18,925 nucleotides of DNA from a virus. Lineage: Duplodnaviria > Heunggongvirae > Uroviricota > Caudoviricetes. A program made the position numbers and the translations under genes. The stretch lies in the IMG/VR virus record IMGVR_UViG_3300037419_001521; one strand, 5' to 3'. This document shows, in pieces, positions 14,480-18,925 of the stretch (position 1 is the first letter of the stretch; each line of letters starts with the position of its first letter). The notes under the pieces are model-generated. The model was not told where the DNA came from and ran no database searches. It worked only from the letters and a program-made list of their open reading frames with translations.

Positions 14480-17400
14480 ATGGCAACGGTAAAGACTTCG
14501 CTCGATTTCTCCATCACAGCCAAGTACGCAGGTACCGCCGCGATGGAAGCGGCCCGGAAGGATTTCCAGAAGACACGCGACGAGCTGCGCGCGATGGCCA
14601 AAGAAGGCATCAACATCCGCGTCGGCCTCAACGGGCTTGCAGAAGACAGAGCTGAAATCGCCGCGCTGACCAACAAGGTCCACGACGTTCATCTCCGCGT
14701 TGTCGCCACCGGTCTCGCTGATGCCGAAGAGGCTATCAACCGGATCGCGCGGCCCCGTACGGTCAAGATCGTCGCTGTCGCTGATGTCGCGCAGGCCGAA
14801 GAGGACATCCGCAACGCCACCCGGACTCGTGTCGGGCTCATCGAATACCGGGGTGACGCAACCGAGGCCACCGAAGCTGTCAAGGAAGCAGCCCGTACGC
14901 AGACCGCGCATGTCGTAGCCGAGGCCGATGGTGTGGCCGCCGCGAAAGCGAAGCTCGACGAACTGTCCCGGCCCCGTGTCGCGACGGTCACGACCGCAAT
15001 TGCCATCGACAACGATTCGCAGAAGCAGCTCAATGCGCTGAAGGCCGCGTACGACAAGGCGGTCAATGAAATCCGCGCCGGGCGCGACGAGCAGATCCGG
15101 GAAATTCGCCACAAGCTCGCGAACGACAAGCTGGCGGTGCCCGACGCGTTCGGCAAAGCGAAATACACCGCCGCCGGGCAGCGCGCTATCGCTCAGAAGC
15201 GCCTCGATCTCAACGGCGAGGCTCAGCAGGTTATCGAGTCGATCAAAGCCGATGCGGCGCGGCAAATTGCGATGGCGAAAGATCTCGCGCGATCCGGCGG
15301 CCTCGATATCTCCACCGACAAGAAAACCGCGCAAGCGGATCTGAAAGCGCGCACCGCAGCGGAGCGTCAATACGACAAGCAACGCCAGGATGCGGCGAAA
15401 CAGGCTCAGCGAGAATTCGATAAAGCGCGCGATCTCAGTAACGCCGCGCAAGAGAGGGCCGCCAAGTCGCAGCTGCGCAATCAAGCCATCGGCATCAAAG
15501 ACGAGATCGGCGACCTGATGAAGGGGCACGTTCTCAAGCTCGATGTCGACAAGGCGCGGGCAAAAGCTGAAATCGATGCGGCCTTCCCGCGTAAGCGGAC
15601 GGTGGAAATCCAAGCCATTATTACGCGCGGGAAGCAGGATCTCGATTCCGCCGACCGTGAGCACAAAGCGCAGCTCGGCCAGATTCAAAGGTCCGCTGAT
15701 CGCGGAATCGGCCGTGCGCTGGACGCTCGAGATCAGACCGTCTCCGCTGGTGGCAACCGCGCCCTGGCCGACCGTGACGCGCGCAACGAAATTACGAGGA
15801 TTCGCGCCGAAGCAGACACCGCCGCCGCGCAGGCGCAACTCGATCACTTGAAGCGTCAACAGAATGTGGTCGTCAAGGCGCAAGCCGATATCGCGGAGGC
15901 GAAGGCAAAACTCGATTCACTGCGTAAGCCGATCGATGTCAAGGCCAATAAGGGTGCGATCGACGCCATCACGTCCGCTGCTGGCAAAGCGAAGACCTCG
16001 GTGACGGAGCTGGCTGCCGCGATGGCGTTGGTCAGCGTCGGTGCCGGTGCTCTGGGCGCTGTCGCGCTCACCGGTCTGGCTGGTGGTGTCATCGCTGCCG
16101 GTGGTGCCGCTATGGCGATCAACCAAAAGCTGACCGTGTCGCACCGCGAAGCGATGGACGCCGCGAAGATGCAGGCCGAGCAGGCTAAGCGCGACGTCAT
16201 CGAAGCCAACCGCGAAATCGCAACCACCGCAATCGAATCCGGCCAGAAGCAGGCCGCCGCTCAGCACGACGTGGCGATTGCCCAGCGCGATGTTGCCGAC
16301 ACGGCCATCGAATCGGGTCAGCGGATCGCGGCTGCGCAGCACGAAGTGGCCATGGCCGACCGAGGTGAAGAGGATGCCCGACGCTCCCTGACCGATGCCT
16401 ACCGCGATGCACGCCACGAACTCGAGGATCTGCAACTCCAGCTCGAAGCCGCGCCGGTCAATGAGCGTGGTGCGGAGCTGCGGTTGCGTCGCGCCCGGCA
16501 GAACATGATGGACCTGTACAAGTCGGGTCGCCCGGTCACGGTTCTGGATATCCAGGAGCACCAGCAGGCGATCGATGAAGCGCAGGTCGGTCTCGACGAG
16601 GTCCGCGAGCGTAACCGGCAGTTGCAGGACGATGCTGCTGTTGCCGCTCAGCGTGGCGTCGAAGGCAACGAAAAGGTTATCAAGGGTAAAGAGGGCCTGG
16701 CCGACGCGACTTATCAGGCGCAAATTTCTCAGCAGAATTTAGCGAATACGCAGCGCCAGACGTCGGAACAGATGGCCGATGCCGCTTATCGGGAACACAT
16801 CGCTCAGCAGAATCTTGCGAATACTCAGCGCGAAACTGCGGCAGCTCAGCAAAAGGCTGCGGAAAATCTTACCGTTGCTCTGGCTGAGCAAGCTCGCGCG
16901 AATTCCGAATTGGCGAAAGCAGCCCATCAGGCCAATACCGCTATGACGCAGTTGTCGGCGATGTTCGCTGATCTGGCTGCGCCATTGAAGGGTCCGTTGC
17001 ATGACGCGATGGAGTCTTTCAAAAAGCAGTTCATGGACCTGAAGCCGGTTATTCAGATCGGTTTCCAGTCCGCTGCTGATGACGTGCAGCCTTTCACTGA
17101 TGCGTTGACCGGTTTGATGCTCGGACCTGTTCCGGGTGTTACCAGCGCGCTTGCGAAGTCGCAACCTACAGTTCTCGGTTTCCGCGACGGTATGCGCACA
17201 CTGGGTCTCGATATCGGCACGATGTTCGATAAAATGTCGAACGGTGCCGAGGGTTTCGGCGATATGTGGCGCATTCTGGGAACCCAGCTCGGCACTTTCC
17301 TCATCCAGATCGGCGATTTCGCGGGTCGTTATGCAGGTCCGGCGTCGCAAGCGCTGGGTTCTTTGCTCGACGGCGTGAATAAACTGGCGGCGGGATTCCT

Positions 17401-18925
17401 GAACGGGCTCGGCCCCGTGATGCAGAATCTGCCGGATATCGCTGGCCGTATCAATATCGCGATGGGCGACGTCGGCAATATCTTGCAGCAGGTCGTACCC
17501 GCTCTCGGTCGCTTGGTGACAGCACTGGTAGACGGTTTGGGTCAGGCGTTCCATACGCTTTCTGGACCGTTGGCGACCACGCTGGTAAATATTCTCGACA
17601 GCCTCACCGGAATTGTTGTCGGATTGTCCGGACCGGTGAACGACCTGGCGAAGGCTTTCGGCGCGGTTTTGGATTTCCTCGGCCCGTTGGTGCCGTTGAT
17701 TACTCCGCTGGTCGTCGGTTTCGCCGCGTTCCAGTACATCGGTAAGCCGGTATACGGAGCGCTCCAGTCGATCAAGGAACAGGGTACCGGCGTTCTCGGG
17801 ATCTTCGGTAATCCGTGGGTCACAGGGTTTGCGGTCGCCACTGGCGCTGTTCTGGCGTTCACCGAATCTGCGGGCAAGGGTGCGGCTGCCGTTCAGCGGC
17901 TCAAAGACAACACTCAGGCCCTGCTCGACGCTCGATACGAAGCCGACAAGGCCCTCGAGCAGTCCGGCGGCGCGCTCAACGACAGCGTGATCAACGGCCA
18001 GGCGCAGATTCTGGACCAGTACCGCCAGCAGATGAAGACCAGCGCCAACGATACGCCTGGTTTCCTCGACAAGGGTGTTGCCGGTCTCGGCGCGATCGGG
18101 CAGAAGTTGTTCGGTGCCGGTGGTGGTATTGCGAACGACGAAGGTATTCGCGAAGAGGCCAATACGCACGCCAAGGCCGTCCGGGACGCATTCAGTGATC
18201 TGGGGTTGAACAGCGAGCAGATCGTCAAGATCTACACGGGTTCGAAAAAAGATTACGACGCCATGATCGACCGCCTCAAGGGCATGGGCGACGGCGGAAA
18301 AGAAGCGGCTACCGAACTAGGCCGTCTGCGCGGCGAATGGGCTCTGGATTCAGTTTCCGTTTCTCCGGTTACGGCGGCGATGAAAGATCTCGCCGATAAG
18401 AACAAAGACGCTCAGTCTGCGATCAGCGCCGCGACGGATGCCTTGGAAAAGCAGCGGCAAGGCGGCCTCACTCTCGAGAATGCGCAGCTGAAGCTCAACG
18501 AAGCCATTTCGGGTCTCAGCACGAACGCGCAGTCGGCTTCGGGTGCGATGGTCGACGCCAATGGCGTTATCGATACCACGAGCCAGAAGGGTCAGGCGCT
18601 CTACAACCTGCTCAACCAGCAGTTGGCACCGGCTTGGGAAACGTTGACCACTGCCGTTTATCGGGATGCGATTCAGCACGGCCAGACGGCCGATCAGGCG
18701 CAAGCCGCCGCGCAGCGGGCATCGGATGGTGTTCGCGATTCGGCGATGCGGCAGATCCAGGCGATGGGCTACACGCAAGAGCAGGCCCAGCATTTGCTTG
18801 ATCACTACAACCAACTGTCGGGCAATTTCAAGGCCGTCATGACGTTGAATGCTGATCAGGCCAGTGGCGAGCTGGATAAATTGCAGACCAAGCTCGATCT
18901 GATCATGAAAAAGCTGGATGGCGAC
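14480..18925 (+). CDS. Tape measure protein (3' truncated, at least 1482 aa)
   Basis: ATG at 14480 (MATVKTSLDFSITAK...); absent from the ORF track because it has no stop in the window; I read no stop in this frame to the window end. Ala/Gln-rich helical sequence with hydrophobic Gly/Ala segments; long antisense shadow ORFs lie over it. Confidence 0.93.
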   Translation, partial: MATVKTSLDFSITAKYAGTAAMEAARKDFQKTRDELRAMAKEGINIRVGLNGLAEDRAEIAALTNKVHDVHLRVVATGLADAEEAINRIARPRTVKIVAVADVAQAEEDIRNATRTRVGLIEYRGDATEATEAVKEAARTQTAHVVAEADGVAAAKAKLDELSRPRVATVTTAIAIDNDSQKQLNALKAAYDKAVNEIRAGRDEQIREIRHKLANDKLAVPDAFGKAKYTAAGQRAIAQKRLDLNGEAQQVIESIKADAARQIAMAKDLARSGGLDISTDKKTAQADLKARTAAERQYDKQRQDAAKQAQREFDKARDLSNAAQERAAKSQLRNQAIGIKDEIGDLMKGHVLKLDVDKARAKAEIDAAFPRKRTVEIQAIITRGKQDLDSADREHKAQLGQIQRSADRGIGRALDARDQTVSAGGNRALADRDARNEITRIRAEADTAAAQAQLDHLKRQQNVVVKAQADIAEAKAKLDSLRKPIDVKANKGAIDAITSAAGKAKTSVTELAAAMALVSVGAGALGAVALTGLAGGVIAAGGAAMAINQKLTVSHREAMDAAKMQAEQAKRDVIEANREIATTAIESGQKQAAAQHDVAIAQRDVADTAIESGQRIAAAQHEVAMADRGEEDARRSLTDAYRDARHELEDLQLQLEAAPVNERGAELRLRRARQNMMDLYKSGRPVTVLDIQEHQQAIDEAQVGLDEVRERNRQLQDDAAVAAQRGVEGNEKVIKGKEGLADATYQAQISQQNLANTQRQTSEQMADAAYREHIAQQNLANTQRETAAAQQKAAENLTVALAEQARANSELAKAAHQANTAMTQLSAMFADLAAPLKGPLHDAMESFKKQFMDLKPVIQIGFQSAADDVQPFTDALTGLMLGPVPGVTSALAKSQPTVLGFRDGMRTLGLDIGTMFDKMSNGAEGFGDMWRILGTQLGTFLIQIGDFAGRYAGPASQALGSLLDGVNKLAAGFLNGLGPVMQNLPDIAGRINIAMGDVGNILQQVVPALGRLVTALVDGLGQAFHTLSGPLATTLVNILDSLTGIVVGLSGPVNDLAKAFGAVLDFLGPLVPLITPLVVGFAAFQYIGKPVYGALQSIKEQGTGVLGIFGNPWVTGFAVATGAVLAFTESAGKGAAAVQRLKDNTQALLDARYEADKALEQSGGALNDSVINGQAQILDQYRQQMKTSANDTPGFLDKGVAGLGAIGQKLFGAGGGIANDEGIREEANTHAKAVRDAFSDLGLNSEQIVKIYTGSKKDYDAMIDRLKGMGDGGKEAATELGRLRGEWALDSVSVSPVTAAMKDLADKNKDAQSAISAATDALEKQRQGGLTLENAQLKLNEAISGLSTNAQSASGAMVDANGVIDTTSQKGQALYNLLNQQLAPAWETLTTAVYRDAIQHGQTADQAQAAAQRASDGVRDSAMRQIQAMGYTQEQAQHLLDHYNQLSGNFKAVMTLNADQASGELDKLQTKLDLIMKKLDGD
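16226..16846 (+). repeat. Two separate 75-nt (25-aa) tandem duplications in the tape measure gene
   Basis: TAIESGQKQAAAQHDVAIAQRDVAD/TAIESGQRIAAAQHEVAMADRGEED at 16226-16375; LADATYQAQISQQNLANTQRQTSEQ/MADAAYREHIAQQNLANTQRETAAA at 16697-16846. Confidence 0.85.

Larger units (their letters stand above)
1..18925 (+). mobile_element. Tailed phage/prophage head and tail morphogenesis region (siphovirus-like, HK97-type head, probably actinobacterial host)
   Basis: Contiguous co-oriented terminase-portal-protease/capsid-connector-tail tube-chaperone-tape measure order; no integrase or att site in the window, so prophage versus free phage cannot be decided. Confidence 0.95.

Noticed and set aside
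14423-18169. Long minus-strand ORFs (486, 268 and 476 aa) over the tape measure
   Set aside because: Antisense shadows of the open + frame; the + strand gene fits the synteny.

Overview
The window is the virion morphogenesis region of a long-tailed (siphovirus-type) phage or prophage, probably from an actinobacterial host; all credible genes are on the + strand. Gene order: 3' part of a cutinase-type serine esterase; a small protein resembling the Acb2/Tad1 hairpin family (candidate anti-defence sponge); a hypothetical gene; an HNH endonuclease; a five-gene putative fibre/appendage module; small and large terminase; a small membrane protein; HK97-type portal; a single 907-aa prohead protease-major capsid ORF with a probable internal capsid start; head-tail connector genes; tail tube; tail assembly chaperone with a probable -1 frameshift; an extra beta-rich gene; and a tape measure gene that runs off the window end. 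Best leads: the candidate sponge protein, the fibre module between HNH and terminase, the protease-capsid fusion with a hidden internal start, an apparent ATC start codon, and two intergenic RNA elements with a similar hairpin/pseudoknot layout. Family assignments come from recognising motifs by eye; no database search or folding program was run.
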